Part shown: positions 19,933 to 29,918 of the stretch, piece after piece
Layout of the letters: the number at the start of each line of letters is the position of its first letter
Position numbering within the stretch: position 1 is the stretch's first letter
NCBI GenBank assembly: GCA_963789265.1
Contig: CAWBKB010000001.1
Coordinates: 1,920,001-1,984,000 of the forward strand
Direction: 5' to 3'
Origin: an uncultured delta proteobacterium
Lineage (GTDB): Bacteria; Desulfobacterota; Desulfomonilia; Desulfomonilales; Desulfomonilaceae
DNA: 64,000 bases
The notes under the pieces: generated by a model
What the model was told of the DNA's origin: nothing
The model's input: only the letters and a program-made list of their open reading frames with translations
The model's database searches: none
Translations under genes and position numbers: made by a program

Positions 19933-22485
19933 TTGAAGGTGTTTTCGGTTCTAAAACGAAACTTTCGCAAGTTGTTTGCCCGCAAAAGGAAACCTGCTTC
20001 CTTTACCCAGATTTTTGATCATTTTCAGGGGGTACTCCAGGACCATCAAAAAACCATGGAACTCATGGCGGACCTCGGAGAAAAGTCCGGAGGAGATTTC
20101 ATATTTGACCGAAAATATCTCCATGATTCAGTCCGTGAACTCCAGACTTTGTTGCTGCGCATGGTGAAAGGATTAAACCTTATCGCATCCGACCGCTATT
20201 TAGGTCTCTACTCAGCTCTGGATAGAATTTTCCTCCCCATAGAGGCGGAGCTTCGAGGCAGGTTGAGATTGTCCCCAGCGGCGTATGTTATTCCTCTGAC
20301 GGATGCACCTATCGACAACCCTGAGCTGACCGGCGGTAAGGCAAATACCCTGGCTGAAATAATTCATCGCCTTCACCTGCCTGTGCCTGATGGATTCGTG
20401 ATCACAAGTCGAGCTCATTATCGGTTCCTGGAGCATAACAACCTGGAAGACCGAATTCACACGTGGATCGAATCGTGGATCACCGGCAAAGAGGACCTGA
20501 ATAAGGCATCAAGCCAAATTCGTTACAGCATTCTTGCCGGCGTAATTCCCCAGGACCTGGCAAGGGCTATCAAACAACACTCGGAGAATTGCCCGCATAA
20601 CTGGGCGGTTCGGAGCAGCGCCTACGGGGAAGACGGCGAATTATCGTTTGCCGGGCTTCACCAGACCATGCTGAATGTGCCGCCGGACCAGGTTCTTGAA
20701 ACGTACAAGACTGTGTTGGCGAGCCTATATTCTCCTGAAGCTATGAATTATCGCCTACAAAATGGAATGATGGGCGAAGAGGCGGCAATGGCTGTGCTCT
20801 GCCAGGAGATGATCCACAGTCAATCAAGCGGAGTCCTCCAGACGGTTTGTATAGGATTACCCAAGCTGAATTGTATGGCTATTTTTGCATCCTTCGGCCT
20901 GGGACGAACAGTAGTGGAAGGAAGAGACGTCCCTGACCAATACATTGTGGAAAAGGACCCACCTCATCAAATCCGAGTTACAAAAATTGCGAGAAAGGAA
21001 TTTTTGCTAAGACCTGCGGCAGATGGCGGTGAAGAAGAAGTAGAGCTTCCGCCTGACGAGCAACAACAACCGGCTGTTTCCGAAGATACGCTCCGAGTCC
21101 TGGTGAAGTGGGGGCTTACTCTGGAAAGGTACTTCAAACGTCCACAAGAGATCGAGTGGACTGTAGACTCGCAAGGCCGCTGTCGTCTTATTCAATGCAG
21201 GCGCTTGAACACAGCCGAGAATCCGGAAGGCGAGGAGGATATTTGTGAATCGTGTTCTCAGTACACCGTGCTTGTGCGTGACAAGGGTGCGGTAGCTCAT
21301 GGCGGTGTCGGCTCGGGCACTGTGCGGATCGTGCAGTCCAATGAAGATATGGCTGAATTCCCTGACGGAGCTGTTCTTGTCACCAGATATACGGCCCCCT
21401 GGCTGGCGCAAATTGTGCCGAAGGCTGTTGCCATCATTGCCGAACGAGGCTCCGCAGCAGGACATCTCGCCACCATGGCCAGGGAGTTTCGTGTGCCGGC
21501 GCTCGTAGGCGTGGAAGACGCCACTGATTTCCTGACTGATGGCATGGAGATCACCCTGGACACTTATCGACGCATTATTTATCTGGGGCGTGTCGAGGAG
21601 CTTATTCGATACGAACTCGTCCAGCCCACGGTTTTCGAGGAAGCCCCTGAATTCCGGCTTCTGCGACGAATGCTGAAACGCATAGCGCCGCTCCACCTGA
21701 TCGACCCGCAATCACACGAATTTGCACCGGAAGGGTGTGAGTCCGTTCACGATATGATCAGGTTCATACATGAAAAAGCAGTGCAGGAATTGATGAACTT
21801 CCCCACTTTTCTGAAGCGGTTCAAAGGCGCCAAAGTGTGGACTCTAGTCTCTAAGGTGCCGTTAGGATTGAAACTCCTTGATCTGGGGGGCGGCCTTGAT
21901 CCGCTGGCGGAAGGCAAGACAGTTCGGGTGGATCAAATTCGATCGTTACCTTTAAAGGCATTGTGGACCGGTGTGTCCCTGCCCGGAACTTGGAATACGG
22001 ACCCTGTTGCCGTGGACATGAAGGGCCTCATGTCGAGCCTTACGAGAAACTGGGATGCGGGGGACGGCACCGCGTTCCAAGGGTTCAATCTGGCGGTTGT
22101 CAGTGACATCTATATGAACCTGCACCTGCGTCTTGGCTATCATTTTAATCTCATTGACGCCAGCATGCATGATGAGGCTCAGCACAATCATATCTATTTC
22201 AGATTTGTTGGCGGGGTGACGGATATTACTCGACGGTCTCGAAGAGCCCAGGTTCTGGCCGACATTTTGTCTCGCTATCATTTCAAAGTTACGATCAAAG
22301 GCGATCTGGTCGTTGCCAGGATCCTCCATCTTCCCAAAGAAGAGATCGGTCGCCGTCTCCAGGCTCTTGGAACCCTGATTGGATTCACGAGGCAGTTGGA
22401 CATTCAACTGAGAACCGATCGTGACATTGCCGAATCCGTGGCTGCATTCTTCGCCCAACACGCCGGACTCACCGATGTTGCCTGA
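19933..22485 (+). CDS. PEP-synthase/PPDK-like protein (ATP-grasp plus phosphohistidine mobile domain) with atypical C-terminus
   Basis: GGKANTL, VPDGF, AVRSSAYGED..SFAG, QEIEW, LIQCR, GSAAGHLATMAREF phospho-His motif. Confidence 0.85.
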   Translation: MKVFSVLKRNFRKLFARKRKPASFTQIFDHFQGVLQDHQKTMELMADLGEKSGGDFIFDRKYLHDSVRELQTLLLRMVKGLNLIASDRYLGLYSALDRIFLPIEAELRGRLRLSPAAYVIPLTDAPIDNPELTGGKANTLAEIIHRLHLPVPDGFVITSRAHYRFLEHNNLEDRIHTWIESWITGKEDLNKASSQIRYSILAGVIPQDLARAIKQHSENCPHNWAVRSSAYGEDGELSFAGLHQTMLNVPPDQVLETYKTVLASLYSPEAMNYRLQNGMMGEEAAMAVLCQEMIHSQSSGVLQTVCIGLPKLNCMAIFASFGLGRTVVEGRDVPDQYIVEKDPPHQIRVTKIARKEFLLRPAADGGEEEVELPPDEQQQPAVSEDTLRVLVKWGLTLERYFKRPQEIEWTVDSQGRCRLIQCRRLNTAENPEGEEDICESCSQYTVLVRDKGAVAHGGVGSGTVRIVQSNEDMAEFPDGAVLVTRYTAPWLAQIVPKAVAIIAERGSAAGHLATMAREFRVPALVGVEDATDFLTDGMEITLDTYRRIIYLGRVEELIRYELVQPTVFEEAPEFRLLRRMLKRIAPLHLIDPQSHEFAPEGCESVHDMIRFIHEKAVQELMNFPTFLKRFKGAKVWTLVSKVPLGLKLLDLGGGLDPLAEGKTVRVDQIRSLPLKALWTGVSLPGTWNTDPVAVDMKGLMSSLTRNWDAGDGTAFQGFNLAVVSDIYMNLHLRLGYHFNLIDASMHDEAQHNHIYFRFVGGVTDITRRSRRAQVLADILSRYHFKVTIKGDLVVARILHLPKEEIGRRLQALGTLIGFTRQLDIQLRTDRDIAESVAAFFAQHAGLTDVA

Positions 22486-22501
22486 ATGGAAGGAGTAGAA
22501 A

Positions 22502-22891
22502 ATGAACGGAAACAAGCTCAGAATTCTGGTGTTGGATGATGAGCCGATCGTGTGCAAACGTTTGAAGCCTGCGCTGGAGAAACAAGGGTACGAAGTGGAC
22601 ACTTTTACACAGAGTTCGGCCGCGATGGATCAAATCAAACATATCGACTACGACATCATCATTACCGACTTGAAGATGAAAGGCGTTGACGGCATGCAAT
22701 TGCTTGAAGAGGCCAAAAGGCGCTCGCCGAACACGGAGGTAATAGTTATAACGGGTTTCGCCACCATGGAGACTGCTAAGGAATCCTTCCACAAAGGTGT
22801 TTTTGATTTCATTGCCAAGCCTTTCAAGTTAAGCGAAATCCAGGAGGTGGTCATGAAAGCGGAGGCCAAAATTAGAGGCCGGGGAAAATGA
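22502..22891 (+). CDS. Single-domain response regulator (receiver)
   Basis: ILVLDDE, ITDLKM..DG, VITG, KPF. Confidence 0.93.
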   Translation: MNGNKLRILVLDDEPIVCKRLKPALEKQGYEVDTFTQSSAAMDQIKHIDYDIIITDLKMKGVDGMQLLEEAKRRSPNTEVIVITGFATMETAKESFHKGVFDFIAKPFKLSEIQEVVMKAEAKIRGRGK

Positions 22892-22960
22892 GGATGCACG
22901 GTATTTCTTTGAACCCCGGGCTCGCATCGATACTCCAGACCGGAACGGGAGGTATGCAAG

Positions 22961-23752
22961 TTGATCAAGACGCTCGTATCTATTGAAGTTGACCTGGCTT
23001 CCAGCCTGGCCATACGTTTCGCCTGCCAACTAGGCGGGCTCGTCTCTATGGAGGTACATCCTGTATATGTCAAAGAGTTTCCTTCCGATGGTTCACGGAC
23101 CGGCGCTGGTTGGGCCAGACGTACATGGGAACGCGAAATCATCAAACAGGGCAAGGATGAAATCTCCGAGATGATCATGACGGAAATGGACTTCTGCCCT
23201 GCTCTAATCGAACCCCGGGTGATTTACGGCGATCGCCAATCTGAGTTGCTCAAGATTGTACAGATGGAAGAATTCGACCTGTATGTGGAAGGCACGCACT
23301 TTCCTTGGAACGCGGGTTCAATCTACAAGCAAATCCACTCGAAGTTATACAAGGGCCTTGATTTTCCCGTCGTTTGGGTAAGAACATCCAGGAAAATCAA
23401 TCAGGTTTTGCTTTTGTGCCTGGACCGTGCGGGAGTTGAAGCCCTTGCCCGGGTCTTTCAACAAATCTGGAAAAACTGCCCCGTGCCCTTGCTGTTGGCA
23501 GTGCCTTCCGCCGGCGGTGAAGAAGGAAAGAATTTGCAAGAAGCGGTTGGGAAAGCACGCGGTCTTTTGCAGCAATCAGGTTGCCAGGTCGAAGTGCAGG
23601 AAAACTTTCCGCAGCCGCATGAAGAACTAAAAGATACAGCACTGAACTTTCCTCTGGTGGCGGTGGCCCTGGACAGGGACGTCAAGAAAGACCATCCGGG
23701 GTTGCAGTGGCTTGCAATGATAAAGACATCGTGTCTTGTGGGGTTTTATTGA
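22961..23752 (+). CDS. Universal stress protein-like (divergent)
   Basis: KTLVSIE...AIRFACQL, G....ELLKI....FDL.V.G pattern. Confidence 0.6.
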   Translation: MIKTLVSIEVDLASSLAIRFACQLGGLVSMEVHPVYVKEFPSDGSRTGAGWARRTWEREIIKQGKDEISEMIMTEMDFCPALIEPRVIYGDRQSELLKIVQMEEFDLYVEGTHFPWNAGSIYKQIHSKLYKGLDFPVVWVRTSRKINQVLLLCLDRAGVEALARVFQQIWKNCPVPLLLAVPSAGGEEGKNLQEAVGKARGLLQQSGCQVEVQENFPQPHEELKDTALNFPLVAVALDRDVKKDHPGLQWLAMIKTSCLVGFY

Positions 23753-23875
23753 GATCGTTCGAAAGTGTTCGGCGATGCCATGTACACTGCTCGGAAAAAC
23801 GAAGCGTCATCAAGTCTGAGGGCATTACTCTGCCGTATGGCAGACCCTGGCGATCACTGTGGATGAGAAAGGAAA

Positions 23876-24748
23876 ATGGTCATGAGAATTCTCTTTGCGG
23901 CAGATGAACATCCCTACAGTGAATATGCCCTTAAGGTCTTGAGCAAGCTGGCCATGAACACTTGGGCGGATGTGACCCTGCTCGGCATTCATCCCACGGG
24001 CAGGGGAAGGCCGTGGCCGGGCGGCGCGGTCATCAGTCAGGCACTGCAACATTATCGGGACTCGTTCCTGAAAAGTTGGGACAGAGAAGCCTCTCCTTAC
24101 GAGGAACATCAAGGAAAATACGAATGGGTTCCCGTGAAAGACGGCTTGTGGGAAGAGGTGAAGGTTATCCGAGGACAGAAGAAAGAATTCAAAGTCCACA
24201 TGCGAATCGGAAAGCCTGCGGCTGGGATTTTGGAAGAATCGGTAGATGAAGGGACTGATCTGATTGTGCTCGGTTGTACGAAGGGCGAAAGTTGCGCATG
24301 GACGGGATTTCGATCCCTGCCCCGGGAGGTAGTGAGCAATTCAGACTGTTCCGTCCTGCTGGTCAAAGAGGAACAGCCTGTGCAACGGATACTCGCCTGC
24401 CTGGATCAAGGGTATATAAGCCAGGAATCTCTTGAAATTATCAACCAGATGATCACAATTCACGGGGCACGATTGGAGCTGGTGGGCCTGAGCCAGAATG
24501 GGGACATGAACAAATCCGTGTACACCCGCTTGATCGAAGTGGGGGATTATTACAGCGACCTACAAGTGGAAGTCAACACTCGATTGACCGAAGTGGCCGA
24601 TTTTGAACGTTTTGTCAGTCAAGAAGTCGGGCAGGATCTTCTCGCTCTTTGGGCGGGGAAAAAGTCTCTTCTGAGTCGCTTCTTTCCACGTGATTGGGTA
24701 GGTAGATTCGTCGGCAAGTGCCAAACCTCCGTCTTGGTAATGCGATAG
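23876..24748 (+). CDS. Tandem universal stress protein
   Basis: RILFAAD, GKPAAGIL...DLIVLG, VV...CSVLLV, second domain RILACLD. Confidence 0.8.
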   Translation: MVMRILFAADEHPYSEYALKVLSKLAMNTWADVTLLGIHPTGRGRPWPGGAVISQALQHYRDSFLKSWDREASPYEEHQGKYEWVPVKDGLWEEVKVIRGQKKEFKVHMRIGKPAAGILEESVDEGTDLIVLGCTKGESCAWTGFRSLPREVVSNSDCSVLLVKEEQPVQRILACLDQGYISQESLEIINQMITIHGARLELVGLSQNGDMNKSVYTRLIEVGDYYSDLQVEVNTRLTEVADFERFVSQEVGQDLLALWAGKKSLLSRFFPRDWVGRFVGKCQTSVLVMR

Positions 24749-24823
24749 CCTCGAAGTTCCGCCGCACGAATCACCGGGAAGTTGACTGCGCTTCACAGAC
24801 CTTGTCCGAGGAGGAGCCAAGAA

Positions 24824-25666
24824 ATGAAAGTCTTAGTCGCTGTTGACAAGAACCCGGAAACATACACCGGGCTTCGTTACGCATGTCATCTGTTAAGTGA
24901 AATCGGCGCCGTGGTGGATGCTCTGCACGTTACTCCGGAGCTGGCCGACGTGATGGCTGACAGGTATGCGCCATTTGTGACGAAGGATAGCCTGGAACAC
25001 GCCCTGGAGGCTGATGTGCAGGCAGTGGAAGAACTGTTTAAGGAAGCTTGCGAACCGTGCCTGGAAGCCCGAATTCCCTGTGAGCTGCGTGTGGTGCACG
25101 GTGACCCTGCTGAGGAAATTCTCAATGCCGCTCAAGGCGACTACGACATGATCGTGCTGGGTTCTCATAACCAGTCCTCGCTGAAAGGTCTCTTGTTAGG
25201 CGCTGTACATGCTAAGATTCTCCATTATGCACAGCAACCGGTGCTGATTGTGCGCCAGTTCCGCGAAATACGGAATGTTCTTGTCGTGCACAGAGGTTCG
25301 CAAACCGATGAAGCAGCCCTGTCCTTTGTCGCCCCGGTGCTGGCAAGTAAGAAAGCTGAAATCAGTCTGCTGCACGTACAAGAAACAGATCAGATGGAAT
25401 CCGACGAATTCGCTCGGGCCTCGCTTCAACGAGGCGCGCAAATCCTTCGAGAATTCGATTACGATCCGATCACCAAGTCGGTAAAGGGTGAATTTGTGGA
25501 AGAAATCCTTAAGGATGTGGCTGTACACAGATACGATTTGATCGTCTTGGGTGCTTACGGCCATAAGCGCCCAAAATATCTGAAGCTTATCAGCGATGAA
25601 GCGCTCAATCTCGCTCGACTGACCACTCGCCCGATTCTAGTTTATCGAAATAGGATGGAAGATTAG
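24824..25666 (+). CDS. Tandem universal stress protein
   Basis: MKVLVAVD, GDPAEEIL...YDMIVLGSH...LLGAV..KIL....PVLIV, second domain YDLIVLGAYG. Confidence 0.88.
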   Translation: MKVLVAVDKNPETYTGLRYACHLLSEIGAVVDALHVTPELADVMADRYAPFVTKDSLEHALEADVQAVEELFKEACEPCLEARIPCELRVVHGDPAEEILNAAQGDYDMIVLGSHNQSSLKGLLLGAVHAKILHYAQQPVLIVRQFREIRNVLVVHRGSQTDEAALSFVAPVLASKKAEISLLHVQETDQMESDEFARASLQRGAQILREFDYDPITKSVKGEFVEEILKDVAVHRYDLIVLGAYGHKRPKYLKLISDEALNLARLTTRPILVYRNRMED

Positions 25667-25695
25667 ATCTCACTTAGCCGACCCCTGATCTGCAT

Positions 25696-26913
25696 TCACG
25701 CCTCCATCGCTTCAACCAATAGCTCAATCACGGACTTAACTTGCAAAGGCATGTTGTATCTCGCCTGAAGATCTCCGAGCTGACTCAAGCAATTCTGACA
25801 GGACGTGGCAATAATGTCGGCCCCTGTGTTCATGATCTGATCGTGCTTCATGCGCGCGTGCTCCAGCCGCTTCTTGCCCATGTCCGTGTTCTGACCTACG
25901 CTGCCTCCTCCTCCGCAGCAGATGCTGTACTTGCGATTAGGCCACAGTTCAACGAACTCAGACGCCACAGCCCGGATTAACTCACGCGGGGGCTCGTAAA
26001 TCCCCAATTTGCGCCCGACGTTGCATGGGTCGTGATACGTGACCTTGGCCTGGATGGCTCCGGATTCGATCGCCAGCTTCCCGGTCTTGTACAACTTGTG
26101 GGCGAGTTCCACCACGGACATGACCTCGAAGCCCAATGGTTCCCCCAGCCAACGTTCGGCATCGTTTCGGAGGATCTTGAACCCGTGGCCGCACTCCGTG
26201 GATAGAAGGACTTTGGCCCCGAGCCTTCTCGTCTCTTCAACCAGGTTTCTTACCAGAGTGGTCGCGGCTTGCGCGTCGCCAAGGTAGTAGGCCCAATTCG
26301 TGATATCGAAGAATTTTGAGGACAGCGTCCAGTCGACTTTTGCGTGGTAGAAAAATTTTAGATACGTCTGAAACATCTGAGGATTCGAGGTATATTCCCG
26401 TGGATTGGGGATGTAGAGCATCTCCGCACCGGGCCGGTCAAAGGAGGGTGTCAGGTCGCCCTCTTCTATGCCATCTATGTCTTCCTCGGCTTCTTCAGCC
26501 ATCCACTCGGCCGTGTCAACAAATTCCTCCGATGCAATCCCTGTATTGTTCCCTAATTCCAGGGCCTTCTCTATTCCTTCAACTATTCTGGCAGGGGCTT
26601 TGCCTCTGAGCTGAGCCAGAGAGCGCAATTTCCGGATGATCACGTCCATCTTCAGGTCTTTCGGGCAGTCCGTGGTGCAGCGCCCGCAGAGGGTACACGC
26701 CCAGATAAACTCTGAGTCTGCCGCCTCCGCCTCTCGTCCCATCAGGACCTTCCTGATGAGCCTTCGGGGGTTCATATCGGGATAGCCGTCGGTCAAGAAA
26801 CATCTGGAAACACACTCGCCGCATGTCAAACAGACCTGCAGGTTTTCCCCGCCGTGGGCAAGGGCGATTTGTGAAGAGATATCTGTTGCTGCATCGCTAA
26901 ATACCGAGGTCAT
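25696..26913 (-). CDS. HdrD/HdrC-B-like Fe-S oxidoreductase with CCG domain
   Basis: CLTCGECVSRC and CTLCGRCTTDCP (2x[4Fe-4S]), TECGHG, YHDPC, CCGGGG, SCQNC. Confidence 0.88.
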   Translation of the reverse strand: MTSVFSDAATDISSQIALAHGGENLQVCLTCGECVSRCFLTDGYPDMNPRRLIRKVLMGREAEAADSEFIWACTLCGRCTTDCPKDLKMDVIIRKLRSLAQLRGKAPARIVEGIEKALELGNNTGIASEEFVDTAEWMAEEAEEDIDGIEEGDLTPSFDRPGAEMLYIPNPREYTSNPQMFQTYLKFFYHAKVDWTLSSKFFDITNWAYYLGDAQAATTLVRNLVEETRRLGAKVLLSTECGHGFKILRNDAERWLGEPLGFEVMSVVELAHKLYKTGKLAIESGAIQAKVTYHDPCNVGRKLGIYEPPRELIRAVASEFVELWPNRKYSICCGGGGSVGQNTDMGKKRLEHARMKHDQIMNTGADIIATSCQNCLSQLGDLQARYNMPLQVKSVIELLVEAMEA

Positions 26914-28550
26914 GATTTACTCCGTAATAGCTCGTTCGTGACCTGCGTCCGGGAATGCTTCCCTGGAATCTCTGTGTCCAAGGATGAGCAGAACTCCTTT
27001 ATTATTCTGTTAAGCCGCGCGGGTTCGTTGGCAGCTATGGTCGCATACCCCACCTTGGGAGCAAATCCGTTGAGCGCATCAGTTCCGCTCACGACGCTTT
27101 GCACACGAGCCGAGGCCCAATCCGTGCCGGTTTGAGAAGTACAATTCCCATGGTGACACCCTATGGCAAGCACTCCTGCGGCCCCCGCGGCCAGAGTCGC
27201 CCACAGGATGGATTCCGAAATTCTGCCGGCACAAGGAACCGGGAAGAAAAGAACTTTTGGCGGCAAATCAATCTCCGATACCGCCCTACCCGCGGATCGT
27301 TGGCATCCATAGACAACTACTGGGTCTGAAGATCTATTGTTTATATCAGCGAGAAATGTGGCTACCTTCTGTTCAGGATATGAATTCAGATCCAGCGCCA
27401 AACAAGGACATTCAGAAGCGCATATTCCACACTCCTGACAAATCGGTGCGGAAACCTGAACAGTGGATCTTGCAGCGCCCCCGTCTAACGCGATGGCCGA
27501 GTGCGGGCATATCCTGCAACAGGTGAGGCAGCGCACGCACTCGTCGGCTACTGAAATTGTTTCATCATTCTTTTGCTGCGAGGCCCTTAGCATCCAAGCT
27601 CTTGCCTTGACTGCGGCTGAAGCCGCCTGCACGACTACTCGAATGAGGTCGGTTTCTCCCGTAACCTCACCCACCGCGAATGTCCCATTGATAAAAGAAC
27701 GTCCTGAATGACAGTGAATGCTCTCAGAAAGGAGGAAGCCCTCCGCGTCAAGATCGTTTTCGCAGATTTCGGCCGAGGCGGCAGAGACGGATGACGGATC
27801 AGGCCCTTGAGCGGCAAAGATCTCGTCACAGTGAAGTACTACATCTTCTCCTCTTTCGATAACGTCGCTCAGGATTATTTCCAATTTTCCAGTGTCGTAG
27901 TCGCCCGAAATCCTTTTGACAAGCGGAAGCTTCTCGTCGAACCTGTAAAATTGAACACCGGCTCTCTTGGCCCGGTCATAAAGCGATTCGCCGAAAAGAT
28001 GAGCAACCGGCGCATGCTGAAAGATTACAAACGATTCCCCTCCTGCCGCTTTATTTTCGATAGCTTGTCCGATGGCAGCCATTCCAGCCGCGGGGGGCGA
28101 CCCCGCGCCGTAATCGAGAAGAAAACCGATTCTACGAGCAGCGCTCGACAGACGTTCGTTTGAAAGGGAATCAACGCCCTGCGGCAGACCGGTCGCGAGC
28201 GGCAAAAGTTCGATTCCGGGTGCCAAGACCAGACAGCCGTAGAGACTCCCGTGGCCTGAACCGAAATCCGCATGGAAGAAACATCCTTCTCTTCGAATCT
28301 TTGGTAGCACAGGAAATTCATGCACTTCTACGCGATCCAATGGTTTGGACAACCACTCCGAGTACTCATGGAAATCTGACACGTTATTCGGGTAATAGAG
28401 CCGGGACTTTTCGGGGCCGGCTTTTATCAAGGTGACGGACAATCCGAGATCAGTCAGGGCCTTGGCGGCTATCATTGCCGAAAGATTGTGCCCGACGACG
28501 AGGACCGGCAGCATTTCAGTTTCCCAATGACCGAAGCCTTCGCGTATCAT
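26910..28550 (-). CDS. QmoB-like fusion: degenerate HdrA FAD-domain, 2x[4Fe-4S], MvhD/FlpD domain
   Basis: CVRCLTCCRICP, CQECGICASECP, MvhD motifs YGC, VPCAGRI, GCHHGNC; ATGA overlap with the upstream gene. Confidence 0.78.
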   Translation of the reverse strand: MIREGFGHWETEMLPVLVVGHNLSAMIAAKALTDLGLSVTLIKAGPEKSRLYYPNNVSDFHEYSEWLSKPLDRVEVHEFPVLPKIRREGCFFHADFGSGHGSLYGCLVLAPGIELLPLATGLPQGVDSLSNERLSSAARRIGFLLDYGAGSPPAAGMAAIGQAIENKAAGGESFVIFQHAPVAHLFGESLYDRAKRAGVQFYRFDEKLPLVKRISGDYDTGKLEIILSDVIERGEDVVLHCDEIFAAQGPDPSSVSAASAEICENDLDAEGFLLSESIHCHSGRSFINGTFAVGEVTGETDLIRVVVQAASAAVKARAWMLRASQQKNDETISVADECVRCLTCCRICPHSAIALDGGAARSTVQVSAPICQECGICASECPCLALDLNSYPEQKVATFLADINNRSSDPVVVYGCQRSAGRAVSEIDLPPKVLFFPVPCAGRISESILWATLAAGAAGVLAIGCHHGNCTSQTGTDWASARVQSVVSGTDALNGFAPKVGYATIAANEPARLNRIIKEFCSSLDTEIPGKHSRTQVTNELLRSKS

Positions 28551-29605
28551 GAGCCTGCCCCAATAAGGTCTGTGATTATCGCGGCCGCAGTTTGCCCTCC
28601 ATCCGCAAGAGTCTCTTCGATGTCCTTTGGACCGCTGCAAGTCCCTGCTGTGTAAACTCTTGGCACGTCCGTGCGGCCTCCGCCCGAGAGATCCTTTGAC
28701 GAGAGAAAACCGTGCTCGTTTGTCTCCAGCCCCAACATGGCAGCTATTCGCACCGAGTCTGTACCGGGCCTCTGGCCGGCTGACAGGACGATGCGGTGAA
28801 AACTCTCCCGAACATTGCGCGCTGCATCCTCCCGGATGATTTGAAGCATATTGTCCTTTCCCAGCACGATTTCTCCCGGGACACCCTGAACGAGGCGGAT
28901 TCCACTTCTTCGGGCTTCCGCCAGTAATGATCCGGCAGACTTCCCTGTAACCTGGAGGTCGATGTAGAAAATCGTTATCTCCCAGTCCTCATGAGCTTCG
29001 TGCAGCTTCAAGGCCATCCTCAAAGCGGCCTTGCAGCAGTATTGCGAGCAATAATTCGCGCCGATCGTCGCGTCTCGGGAACCCACACATTGGAAGAACG
29101 CTATCCTGGCAGAACCCTGGATCCCACCGGAAAACGCGGCAAGATTGTCGTTACGCACGAAAGCGTTCATGTCCTTGAGCGTGACCACACCTTCAAGACG
29201 TCCGTACCCCCAGAATGTCTTTTCAGAAGGGTCGTACGGGTCGAACCCCACCGCGATCACTAGCGCCTCAGTTTCCACAAGCTTTTCAGTCCCACTCTCC
29301 AAGGACCGAACCCGGACTTGAACTCCCCTATCGGTGAGCGTCGCCGAAGCCAATTCAAAGCCCAGCATGACATTCGCGCCGGGAGAGGAATTGACTTCCT
29401 CGGCTAGGTCGGCATAAGAGCAGCAAAAGCATCTCTGGCAGGAATCGGTCGCCATGCATGCCCAGTTTCGGACTCTTCCGCCAAGGCGAGTTTCCTTCTC
29501 TACGACAGTGCAGTCGATGCCGTTGGCCAAAAGGGATTGGGCTACAGCCAGGCCGCCTATTCCTCCTCCAATAATCGCTACGGGTTTCACAGGTTTCGTA
29601 GTCAT
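28547..29605 (-). CDS. HdrA/QmoA-like FAD-binding subunit (short)
   Basis: IIGGGIGG, EK..RLGG, FQCVGSRD, YCSQYCC, FYIDL, AGTCSGPKDI. Confidence 0.85.
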   Translation of the reverse strand: MTTKPVKPVAIIGGGIGGLAVAQSLLANGIDCTVVEKETRLGGRVRNWACMATDSCQRCFCCSYADLAEEVNSSPGANVMLGFELASATLTDRGVQVRVRSLESGTEKLVETEALVIAVGFDPYDPSEKTFWGYGRLEGVVTLKDMNAFVRNDNLAAFSGGIQGSARIAFFQCVGSRDATIGANYCSQYCCKAALRMALKLHEAHEDWEITIFYIDLQVTGKSAGSLLAEARRSGIRLVQGVPGEIVLGKDNMLQIIREDAARNVRESFHRIVLSAGQRPGTDSVRIAAMLGLETNEHGFLSSKDLSGGGRTDVPRVYTAGTCSGPKDIEETLADGGQTAAAIITDLIGAGS

Positions 29606-29918
29606 CTGTCTCTTGTTCTGAAAAGAATTATGTGGCCGCGCATCAAATACCGTGTTTGAATCTTTATACTACCGTTTTTCGTATGTCCGCGCAAATTTGT
29701 TCAGCACGCCGAAGTAGAATCGCAACGCCTCCGGGATTTCCGATTGACGTCGCTTCTCGGCCCGCACGCACCAAGTCTGAACTTTCACGCCAGTTGATCT
29801 TAGTTTTGACAGTTTCGCAACTAAAGTGGTAAAGTAAGCCATGCCGGGATAGTAAAAAATTGTGCTTTAGGCGCCGGGCAAGGCGCACATTCGAATTGGC
29901 TGGAGCAAGGAGTCAGCG

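Noticed and set aside
25696..29605. Selenocysteine in the HdrA-like or MvhD-like proteins (also 56686-57108)
   Set aside because: The ORFs are continuous with Cys codons; no in-frame TGA was seen at the motif positions.
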